DNA of 18,363 nt from Chlamydiae bacterium RIFCSPHIGHO2_12_FULL_49_11 (GTDB lineage: Bacteria; Chlamydiota; Chlamydiia; Chlamydiales; 2-12-FULL-49-11). Positions 1-7,667 of the stretch are shown piece by piece. Below the pieces are notes generated by a model. It saw nothing but the letters and a program-made list of their open reading frames with translations. It had not been told where the DNA came from and did not search any database. The DNA lies in contig MGLW01000035.1 in NCBI GenBank assembly GCA_001794905.1, forward strand, positions 1 through 18,363. The letters are read 5' to 3'. The number at the start of each line of letters is the position of its first letter. Position 1 is the stretch's first letter. The position numbers were made by a program, and so were the translations under genes.

Positions 1-206
1 TATCAACCCCCTCCACGCTTTAATCCGATTGAGCAATGAGCATCCGGAAGACATGCATACCGCATCCCTCTTTGCCGTCTATCTTGAAAGACATTATAAA
101 GAATACCCCCAATTTTCTTATTCCAGATGGGAAACAACGCTTCTTTGCCTCGGCCGCATCATCAAAAATTTGCTTTCAATTGAAGTTATGATAACATCTT
201 GACCAC

Positions 207-944
207 ATGCATAAACGCGCAGTGATCATCCCCGACCCCAGTCTGGAAAATGGGCTTGCCATGATGGTGGCTGCCCACTGGCTCCGTCAAATCCACATCG
301 ATGTAACAGTATTCCATGACAAGCTTTTTACCATCGGGTGCTGGTTTCCATTCCAACGCATTGTGCCGGTAAGAAATCTGGCCGATGCCGTAGGAAAGTC
401 AGACCTGTGTATTTCCACCCACACGTCGCCGCCCCTGTACACAGCCCATCCCCCCGCAAGCGTGATTTTCACTACCTTCTACCGCTCCAAAAAAGAAAAA
501 CCCAAAAAGCTGGCCCCGTACGACAAGATTTTTTCCCAAAAACTCACACAAGCGGAAAATGTTTCCATTGCCATTGCATCCCTTTTCGGAAGTTTCGAAA
601 CGTCAAAAAATAACGGGATCGATCCTCCCTTCCCCTCCTTCTACCGCATCCGCAAAGATCGGGTTGCAATCGACCGCGCCCTTTTACCTTACCGCGATGA
701 GGTGATGCAATTATGTAATATGAATCACTTCGAACCGGTATTTCTCGATGAAAACGACCTTACCGGCAGCATTCAACTCCTCTATGAATCGATGTTTTTT
801 GTAGGCCTCCCCGGAGGGCTGTGCCATCTTGCCGCAAACCTCTCGATTCCTACCACCATCGTCCGGACCAAAAAAAAGATCCCTCCCCTCGACCTGCCGG
901 CATGGCACTCCTACACACTCTCTGAGGTTTATATTTTATCTTGA
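207..944 (+). CDS. Divergent glycosyltransferase family 9 (ADP-heptose:LPS heptosyltransferase-like) protein
   Basis: 245-aa ORF. N-terminal 'AVIIPDPSLENGLAMM' occupies the position of the GT9 '..LGD.....' strand-loop. C-terminal 'LTGSIQLLYESMFFVGLPGGLCHLAANLSIPTTIV' follows the GT9 pattern 'L.el.ali......vgnDSG..HLA.alg.P.v.l', but the DSG motif is replaced by LPGG. Confidence 0.55.
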   Translation: MHKRAVIIPDPSLENGLAMMVAAHWLRQIHIDVTVFHDKLFTIGCWFPFQRIVPVRNLADAVGKSDLCISTHTSPPLYTAHPPASVIFTTFYRSKKEKPKKLAPYDKIFSQKLTQAENVSIAIASLFGSFETSKNNGIDPPFPSFYRIRKDRVAIDRALLPYRDEVMQLCNMNHFEPVFLDENDLTGSIQLLYESMFFVGLPGGLCHLAANLSIPTTIVRTKKKIPPLDLPAWHSYTLSEVYILS

Positions 945-968
945 AAAATAGTTTTATTTAGATACAAT
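941..968 (+). promoter_or_regulatory. Putative sigma66/sigma70 promoter for ORF 975..1316
   Basis: TTGAAA (941-946), 16-nt spacer, TACAAT (963-968). The ATG at 975 is only 6 nt downstream of the -10. Confidence 0.5.
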
Positions 969-974
969 GAAGGT

Positions 975-1316
975 ATGTCAAAAATATACAAAAAAGATTT
1001 GAAACGTTTTTTGCGAAAAGCAGTCCGAAAGCAGATCTCTGAAGCAAGGGGGGAGACGGATGAGACTCCCGTATCGTATTTTCCTTACCCGATGAATCCC
1101 AAGCCTTTCAATGCACAAAAGGCGAGCGAACTACTCCTCTATTTTATCGACCGGTGGCAAAGGAAAGAGCGGCAAACCAAACCTCATCACCACAAACGTA
1201 CCGGCCCCAGGGAAATAAACAACGAAAAGCCGGCACCGATCCTCGCCCGCAAGGATGTACGGGAAAATGTAAATCGGAAAAAGTGGGGCTTTACCCGCAA
1301 TAAGAATTCTGGATAA
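975..1316 (+). CDS. Hypothetical protein, Lys/Arg-rich
   Basis: 113-aa ORF that fills the gap between two co-oriented genes and has its own promoter-like element. Basic N- and C-termini; no recognised family. Confidence 0.75.
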   Translation: MSKIYKKDLKRFLRKAVRKQISEARGETDETPVSYFPYPMNPKPFNAQKASELLLYFIDRWQRKERQTKPHHHKRTGPREINNEKPAPILARKDVRENVNRKKWGFTRNKNSG

Positions 1317-1345
1317 AAACCCTTTCCCAGTGTACCCTAGAAGGG

Positions 1346-2173
1346 ATGAAATTCGCCCATATTTCCGATCTTCATTTCTTTGCCTTTCCCGAATCGGTCA
1401 GAGAGCTTTTTTCCAAACGAACTTTGGGAGTGTGCAATTATCTGTTCCACCGGAAATTCCGGTTTGAACACAAGCATCTTGGGGCTCTAAAACAGTTTTT
1501 TTCCGAAAGAGGAATTTCCAGACTCGTCATTTCGGGAGATTTTACTACCACAGCCGCTCCCCGTGAATTTGAAAAAGCACGTCTTTTCGTCCGTGACCTT
1601 GTCGATAGCGGAATGGAAATTTACGCCGTAAGCGGCAACCACGATCAATACACTTGCGGCGCATATACTTCCAAACGGTTTTTCCAAGTTTTCGGCGATC
1701 TGATCCGTCTTGAAGGGCTCTACCATGTAAATTTGGCACAGGACGGCGCTGCTGCCATTCCCCTCTCTGACGGCTGGTTTTTGATCCCCTTCGAAACTTC
1801 CAACCACCAACCCCTTTTCTCCTCTCGGGGATATTTTTCCGATGAGGTCGAAAAAAAACTCCGCTTCATCCTTTCGCAAATTCCCGAAGATGCCTCTATT
1901 GTGATGGCAACCCATTTCCCCTTTCTCCCCTTCAAATTTCCCAAAGCCCACCTTGAAAATGCGCCTGCTTTGCAGCGATTGATCGAAGAAGACCCTCGTA
2001 TCAAACTCTACCTCCACGGCCACCGACACCGGCAAGGTGTGTACGAATGCGGATGTCAAGTGGCAGATGCCGGAAGCATCACCCTTAAAAACAACGCTAC
2101 TTTAAATGTGATTGAACTCGGAAAGGATGCTACTATCCATCCCATGAAATGGGAGCCGGACCATGTGGTTTGA
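1346..2173 (+). CDS. Calcineurin-like metallophosphoesterase (Icc/CpdA-like)
   Basis: All five metallophosphoesterase motifs are present: HISDLHF, ISGDFT, SGNHD, ATHFP, LHGHRH. The N-terminus resembles chlamydial Icc phosphohydrolase as I recall it. Confidence 0.9.
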   Translation: MKFAHISDLHFFAFPESVRELFSKRTLGVCNYLFHRKFRFEHKHLGALKQFFSERGISRLVISGDFTTTAAPREFEKARLFVRDLVDSGMEIYAVSGNHDQYTCGAYTSKRFFQVFGDLIRLEGLYHVNLAQDGAAAIPLSDGWFLIPFETSNHQPLFSSRGYFSDEVEKKLRFILSQIPEDASIVMATHFPFLPFKFPKAHLENAPALQRLIEEDPRIKLYLHGHRHRQGVYECGCQVADAGSITLKNNATLNVIELGKDATIHPMKWEPDHVV

Positions 2174-2558
2174 AAAAGGGGTGCGCTTTAAATGTACCGA
2201 ATGCGGCAAATGTTGTACGGGACATCCCGGCTATGTCCACGTGAATGAAAGCGAAATTACAGCCATCGCACATTTTCTCGGAATTTCGGAAGAAGATTTT
2301 TTAAAACGGTATACGAAGTTTGTCGAAGGAGGCTACTCTCTGCGCGATACTCCTCCTACTTACGATTGCATCTTTCTAAAAAACAAGCGATGCTCCATTT
2401 ACGAGGTTCGGCCACACCAGTGCAGCTCTTTTCCATTTTGGCCAAGGATCATGCAAAGCAAAAGCGACTGGAAATCTATGGAAAAAGAATGTGAGGGAAT
2501 GAATCACCCCGACGGGCGCCTATATTCGAAAGAAGAAATCCTCAAACATTTTAAATAG
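2163..2558 (+). CDS. YkgJ-family cysteine cluster (CxxCxxCC) protein, putative Zn/Fe-S binding
   Basis: FKCTECGKCC, then DCIFL, RCSIYEVRPHQCSSFPFW and ECEG. Overlaps the upstream gene by 11 nt, consistent with an operon. Confidence 0.92.
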   Translation: MWFEKGVRFKCTECGKCCTGHPGYVHVNESEITAIAHFLGISEEDFLKRYTKFVEGGYSLRDTPPTYDCIFLKNKRCSIYEVRPHQCSSFPFWPRIMQSKSDWKSMEKECEGMNHPDGRLYSKEEILKHFK

Positions 2559-2751
2559 GCGGGGCATCAATCACTACGCGGCCCGGTTCTTCCGTTTCCA
2601 TTCTTCGTTTTTCGGACTGGTCGTTTCTGAGTGTGGCTACTAGTTCTTGCAACGCCTGCAGCATGATCATCTGTCGCAAATCACTCGACACGATGCCTTC
2701 CAAGGAATCTGACGTGGTAATTTTACGGAAGTTCACTGAATTCATGGACAT
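2551..2751 (-). CDS. Small hypothetical protein (66 aa)
   Basis: Strong Shine-Dalgarno-like AGGAGAGG just upstream of the ATG and a near-consensus promoter (next feature). Fills an otherwise empty gap. Confidence 0.75.
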   Translation of the reverse strand: MSMNSVNFRKITTSDSLEGIVSSDLRQMIMLQALQELVATLRNDQSEKRRMETEEPGRVVIDAPPI

Positions 2752-2772
2752 ATGCCTCTCCTGTCTACCATA

Positions 2773-2801
2773 ATTATATCAAAAAATAATTATAAAGTCA
2801 A
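2773..2801 (-). promoter_or_regulatory. Near-consensus sigma66/sigma70 promoter with extended -10, for the 66-aa ORF
   Basis: Minus strand: TTGACT (2801-2796), 17-nt spacer, TATAAT (2778-2773), with TGn directly before the -10. Confidence 0.8.
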
Positions 2802-2828
2802 CCCCTCTCCCATTAACATATTTTTTTC

Positions 2829-2857
2829 TTGAAATGGGAGCTTATTTCAGGTGTAGT
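2829..2857 (+). promoter_or_regulatory. Putative promoter for the phosphohexomutase gene
   Basis: TTGAAA (2829-2834), 17-nt spacer, TGTAGT (2852-2857). The -10 match is weak. Confidence 0.35.
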
Positions 2858-2864
2858 AATGTAT

Positions 2865-4571
2865 ATGGAAAGAGACGTGGAAAAGAAAGCAGAGGAAACA
2901 CTAAAGGACTGGCTGAAAGAACCTTATGACAAAGCCACCCGCGATGCGGTGAAGGAGCTCGTTCAAAATAACCCGAATAAGATAGAAGTTGCTTTTGGTG
3001 AAAGACTTAAGTTTGGCACGGCCGGTCTTCGTGCCGAAATGGGACCCGGGCCCGGCCTGATGAACAAATATACGGTCCAAATGGTGACCCAGGGCCTTGC
3101 CGATTATATCTCTACCTTCGGCAAAGCTGCCAAAGCGCGGGGAGTTGCCATATGCCACGACTGCCGCATCCATTCTCGCCTTTTTGCGGAAACCGCCGCC
3201 TCGGTATTGGCCGGAAACGGCATCGCCGTTTATATCGTCAAGGACTTGAGACCCACTCCTTTTCTATCGTTTGCGGTCCGCGAATTGAAATGCATCGCCG
3301 GCATTAACATCACCGCCTCCCACAACCCGAAAGAATATAACGGCTATAAAGTATACTGGGAAGACGGCGCTCAGGTTACTTTCCCGCACGATACCGAAAT
3401 CATCAAGTCGATCGATAAAATTACCCGACCCGTAGAGGTCTCGGCGGTAAACCTGGACCACCCGCTCATCCGTCCGATTGAACAGAAAACGGAAGCTGCC
3501 TATTTCCGTGCTCTGCAGCGCCTTGCCATCAATCCCCATTTCAACCGGGAGAAGGGAAAGACGCTCACCATCATTTATTCCCCCTTGAATGGGGCAGGCA
3601 TCACCATGATTCCCGAAGCGCTCCGTCTTTGGGGTTTCAAATCGCTCCATCTCGTCAAAGAACAAGAAAAGCCCGACGGCAATTTTCCTACCACACCATA
3701 CCCCAATCCGGAAACGGAAGAGGCGCTCAAACTAGGCCTTCTTCAATTACAGGATAAAAAAGCCGATCTTCTCCTTGTTTCCGATCCCGATTCGGACAGG
3801 CTTTCCTGCAGCCTTCTTCATGGCACAAATGCGGTGCGCCTCACGGGAAACCAGCTCGGCATTCTTCTCTTGGACTATTTGATCCGATTTAAACAACCCA
3901 CCAGCAAGTGGGCCGTGGTGACCACTGTCGTATCCTCTCCCCTCATCCGGAAAATGACAGAAAAACACGGCGGCACTTGCTTCGAAGTTCTGACCGGTTT
4001 TAAGTACATCGGAGAAAAGATACATCAGTGGGAAGAAACCGATCATGGATACAACTTTCTTTTCGGAATGGAAGAATCGCTCGGTTATTTGTATGGAACC
4101 CATGCACGAGATAAAGATGCGACGATTGCCGCTTTGATGACGTGCGAAATGGCCCTCTGTTACAAACAAAAAAAACAGGATCTTGTCGATCGGCTTTCGG
4201 AAATATATGCCGAGTACGGCATCCATGTTGAATCCCAGCATGTCATCGAAATGGATCCGAAAAAAATGGGAAGCTCAATGGCAAAACTCCGCCAAAATCT
4301 TCCGACACATTTATGCAACCACGAAATCATCGCAGTGGAAGATTATCTTTCTCAAAAAAAACTCACGTTAAAAACAAAGCGGGAGGAAACATTGACACTG
4401 CCCAAATCGGACATGCTTATTCTGCGTATGCAACATGCAAACCTGATCATCCGCCCTTCGGGCACCGAGCCTAAAATCAAAATCTACGGACAAGCATGGG
4501 CAGCCTCGGAAAACAAGCTGCAAGAAGAACTTGCCGCCCTATTCTCTGCGATCCAATTATTCGTTACCTGA
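2865..4571 (+). CDS. Phosphoglucomutase/phosphomannomutase (alpha-D-phosphohexomutase superfamily)
   Basis: FGTAGLR, catalytic ITASHNP, metal-binding DPDSDR, sugar-binding GMEESLG and phosphate-binding IRPSGTEPKIK. Start moved from the track's TTG at 2829 to the ATG at 2865 (2859 is also possible). Confidence 0.95.
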   Translation: MERDVEKKAEETLKDWLKEPYDKATRDAVKELVQNNPNKIEVAFGERLKFGTAGLRAEMGPGPGLMNKYTVQMVTQGLADYISTFGKAAKARGVAICHDCRIHSRLFAETAASVLAGNGIAVYIVKDLRPTPFLSFAVRELKCIAGINITASHNPKEYNGYKVYWEDGAQVTFPHDTEIIKSIDKITRPVEVSAVNLDHPLIRPIEQKTEAAYFRALQRLAINPHFNREKGKTLTIIYSPLNGAGITMIPEALRLWGFKSLHLVKEQEKPDGNFPTTPYPNPETEEALKLGLLQLQDKKADLLLVSDPDSDRLSCSLLHGTNAVRLTGNQLGILLLDYLIRFKQPTSKWAVVTTVVSSPLIRKMTEKHGGTCFEVLTGFKYIGEKIHQWEETDHGYNFLFGMEESLGYLYGTHARDKDATIAALMTCEMALCYKQKKQDLVDRLSEIYAEYGIHVESQHVIEMDPKKMGSSMAKLRQNLPTHLCNHEIIAVEDYLSQKKLTLKTKREETLTLPKSDMLILRMQHANLIIRPSGTEPKIKIYGQAWAASENKLQEELAALFSAIQLFVT

Positions 4572-7500
4572 CTCTGATGCCACCAAATACCCCATTGCCT
4601 GTAACACTGCTACGGCGCCAAATTCGGTAAGCCGGGTATAGTCTTCCGAAAAACACAAGGACATGTCGATCTTTATCCTGCTCTCCTCGCACAAGGCTTG
4701 AAATGCCATAGAAAGCCCTTCATGGCTTTCTCTTGTAAGAAAATGAACCAATTCTTTCGGTGTAAAATGACGGTAAAAAATCCGGACCGCTTCTTGCGGC
4801 GTTTTTTGTAAAAGTGCTTCTAATATCAATAGAGAATAGAAATCAAAGTCCACTGTATGGGCAAGGCCGACCGTTCTTGCGAGCAAATTTTTGAGATAGA
4901 GGACCTGATGCGAATATTGCGGAATATCCTCACTGGGTTTCAATCCGGCAAGATCTCTTAAAAGGCTGCTATCCTCACTCAGTTTGAATAGGAGAGCCCG
5001 TTGCACAGAGTCTTTGATTCGATCCTCCATCGGAGCCGTTAGGGGATTTTTTTTGAGACTTTTCTGCAACCGGTACTCTATCGGAAGATATCCATAAAGA
5101 AGAGCCAGACCGTCGGTTTGACCTGTAGCACATTCGGACATTGTTATGATATCACCAAGGAGGAGCTCTTCTTGCGGGGTGAGGTACGAGCCCGATTCTG
5201 CGGTACTGCTTTGAGATAACAGATGATTCACAAGACAAAAAAACTGCCCCTCTTCCGCTGATGCAACTTCATCCGGATCGTGAGCCCTTTCTCGCGCAGA
5301 AATCCATGAGGGCATCAGTCCCGTTTCAAAATTGTGTATTTTTTCATTAAATTGATTAACGAGATCCTGATGCACCAAGACTTTAATCTCCCTCTCCCTA
5401 TTTTCCTGATTTTCTAATAACAAAATCCTTTTTATCCTTTCGGGAAGTCTCTGGACGTATGCTAACATGATCGCCGAAATCCCCTCGGTATTTCCGAGCA
5501 AAATTTTTCTCAACACCTCAAAACGCGCTTCTAATTGGCTTTCGAAAACGCTCTCAAGCACTTCGGGATGTTCTTTGACTTTCTCTTTTAGCGATGCAAG
5601 GAGAGGGTCCAATGAATTTGCACGCACTTTTTCTGGCAGATTCCGGATCAAGAGCGGAGCTTCCGTTTCTTCCGAGATATGTTTTTGAAACACGGCAAGG
5701 TCAAAACGGACCTCTCTTCCGCCGACCAATTCAAAAGGAGGCTCATAATCGGAAAGAGGGGCTTCGCTTTCTTTTTCAAGCCTTTTGAAGGTCAAAATCG
5801 GATGTTTTTTCCGATCTACAAGCACCGATTGCAGTTGTCCTCTCATGAATGAAATGCGCTGGGTCAAGGTATCATTACTTCTCAATAACAACTTTTCCTG
5901 CACTTGGGGAAGACTCAAAAAAGTTAATAATAGCTCTGCATTACAGAATGGTATGCCCTCCCTTTCAATACGAATCAACTTAGTCTCCAAATAACTATGA
6001 ATGGCCGACTTTTCTTGATCCATGCCAAAACTCAATAATATTCCCAATAACGTCTCAGGATTAAGATAGGGATACGCGTACGTTTTTTGTAAAAACCTGT
6101 CTCTCAATTGCTCAGGAATAAGCCGAGCAGCATAAAGATTCTTGATTTTACAATATTCATCAGAAAAAATTCCGCTTTCTTCGGCAAACAACATGAGCCA
6201 TTTCCGGTCTTTTTCCGTGCAAGTGGCGAGGATTTCAAGAATATCAAAAAATTCCCGTCCCTCTGCTTTTATGTGCCGATCAATCTCAATTCCGGCATTG
6301 AACACTTCCTCCCTCTCCCCGGGAGGAAGCGAGGAGAGTAAGAGAAGAAGCCGAGGGGTAATTTCGGCACGTCGAAATCGCTGTAGTAGGGGAAATATCG
6401 ATTGAAAATCCCGTTCCGGGAGAGATCCTATTACTTCCAATGAAGTTAGCACGAGCGGATCAACAAAACAATCTTCAATACGTCCAAATAATAATCCCCA
6501 TACTTTTTGGCGTCGTGCGGGCGCCATTGCAAAAAAAGCATCAAAAAGTTTAATGACGACATGCAATCTGTAAGTATCAAATCCCCCACAAAGACCCTCC
6601 ATTTCTTCCAAAAAATTTTTTCTCTCTTTCACCGGAATTTTAGAGAGCCGGTAAACAAACTGGACACGTTCACCGGCGGGAAGACAGGCTAATGCGGATT
6701 GCGATAAAATATTTTCGCGTAGATCTTTCCATTCTTCTTCCGGCAATGTGGCAAGAGCGGTTACCTCGTCCTTTTGGAGAATAAATTCGAAATTGATGGT
6801 CTTACTTAGAAATAACTCTCGAATTCTTGTCGCAAATATTTTCCATTCATCACCGGAAAGATGTGCAGAAACAATAAACATCCGTATCGAGATATCCTCG
6901 CCGCCAAGCAATTCACGTACATTTTCGAAAGATACGGCACGTTCTTTCTCAGACATGGAGATGAGTAATTTGACATATGTGTAGAAAGTATCGATTTCCC
7001 CTATTCGGACGAGGGAAGGAAAATAACACATGACTGCTTCCTTTTCGGCAAGGGAAAGCGGCCAAAGAAGTGAAAAAAAACGGATCAAATCCGGGCGCGT
7101 ATCCTTTATTTGAGGAAAACGAGTTTCCATGAGTTGCAAAGTAGGCCAGCGCTCTTCAGGTGGAAGATCCAGTAATGACGTAAGACAGGTTCTAAGAAAC
7201 GGTTTAAATATTCCCTTTGCAATCCCCGCTTCGAGAAGCGGACGAAGTAATTCGTTACCTTCTTCGCCTTCCGAAAGGAGCAAGAGAAATGCATTCCGCT
7301 CAAAAGAACTTTCTTGAAAAAACCGCTCTCGGTTTTTAGGTAACTGCCCGGGAAACAGACATTTAAGGCAGCATTCGTATATCCTGTGTTCTTGAGTGGG
7401 ATCCTTTTGATGCAGTATAGTATACAACTTTCGAAGGGGTCTTAAATTTTCCTTATCCGGAGCAATTTGCTCTATATATTGCCCAAGGCCCTTCCAGAAA

Positions 7501-7592
7501 TCGGGACCGTACCGATTCTCATAGATTTGTGCCACCCCTTCGGTCGGCTCTATCCAAAATCGACCCCAAAACTCACGATAAATGTGTTCCAT
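4557..7592 (-). CDS. Large hypothetical protein (1011 aa) with ~35-aa helical repeats and a Cys/His-containing C-terminal domain; candidate secreted effector
   Basis: Uninterrupted 3-kb ORF with a repeating L..LP.EER..F pattern in the N-terminal half. No housekeeping motif recognised. Confidence 0.85.
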   Translation of the reverse strand: MEHIYREFWGRFWIEPTEGVAQIYENRYGPDFWKGLGQYIEQIAPDKENLRPLRKLYTILHQKDPTQEHRIYECCLKCLFPGQLPKNRERFFQESSFERNAFLLLLSEGEEGNELLRPLLEAGIAKGIFKPFLRTCLTSLLDLPPEERWPTLQLMETRFPQIKDTRPDLIRFFSLLWPLSLAEKEAVMCYFPSLVRIGEIDTFYTYVKLLISMSEKERAVSFENVRELLGGEDISIRMFIVSAHLSGDEWKIFATRIRELFLSKTINFEFILQKDEVTALATLPEEEWKDLRENILSQSALACLPAGERVQFVYRLSKIPVKERKNFLEEMEGLCGGFDTYRLHVVIKLFDAFFAMAPARRQKVWGLLFGRIEDCFVDPLVLTSLEVIGSLPERDFQSIFPLLQRFRRAEITPRLLLLLSSLPPGEREEVFNAGIEIDRHIKAEGREFFDILEILATCTEKDRKWLMLFAEESGIFSDEYCKIKNLYAARLIPEQLRDRFLQKTYAYPYLNPETLLGILLSFGMDQEKSAIHSYLETKLIRIEREGIPFCNAELLLTFLSLPQVQEKLLLRSNDTLTQRISFMRGQLQSVLVDRKKHPILTFKRLEKESEAPLSDYEPPFELVGGREVRFDLAVFQKHISEETEAPLLIRNLPEKVRANSLDPLLASLKEKVKEHPEVLESVFESQLEARFEVLRKILLGNTEGISAIMLAYVQRLPERIKRILLLENQENREREIKVLVHQDLVNQFNEKIHNFETGLMPSWISARERAHDPDEVASAEEGQFFCLVNHLLSQSSTAESGSYLTPQEELLLGDIITMSECATGQTDGLALLYGYLPIEYRLQKSLKKNPLTAPMEDRIKDSVQRALLFKLSEDSSLLRDLAGLKPSEDIPQYSHQVLYLKNLLARTVGLAHTVDFDFYSLLILEALLQKTPQEAVRIFYRHFTPKELVHFLTRESHEGLSMAFQALCEESRIKIDMSLCFSEDYTRLTEFGAVAVLQAMGYLVASESGNE
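6078..7190 (-). repeat. About 11 degenerate ~31-38-aa protein repeats (not visible as DNA repeats)
   Basis: Core units: LLDLPPEERW, LWPLSLAEKE, LISMSEKERA, SAHLSGDEWK, LATLPEEEWK, LSKIPVKERK, FFAMAPARRQ, IGSLPERDFQ, LSSLPPGERE, LATCTEKDRK, ARLIPEQLRD, at about aa 143, 179, 213, 245, 283, 319, 356, 391, 422, 458 and 492. Confidence 0.7.
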
Positions 7593-7667
7593 CTTGATTT
7601 TTGGTATATCGATAAGAACTTTTAATGAAATCTCTTTTTTGATATGGTTAATGTGGTGAGGTGCTTT

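Noticed and set aside
1..96. Possible minus-strand gene start (ATG at 54, MSSGCSLLNRIKAWRGLI...) running off the left edge, with TATAAT and AGAGGGG upstream
   Set aside because: Only 18 codons are visible and no motif is recognisable, so it cannot be supported from this window.
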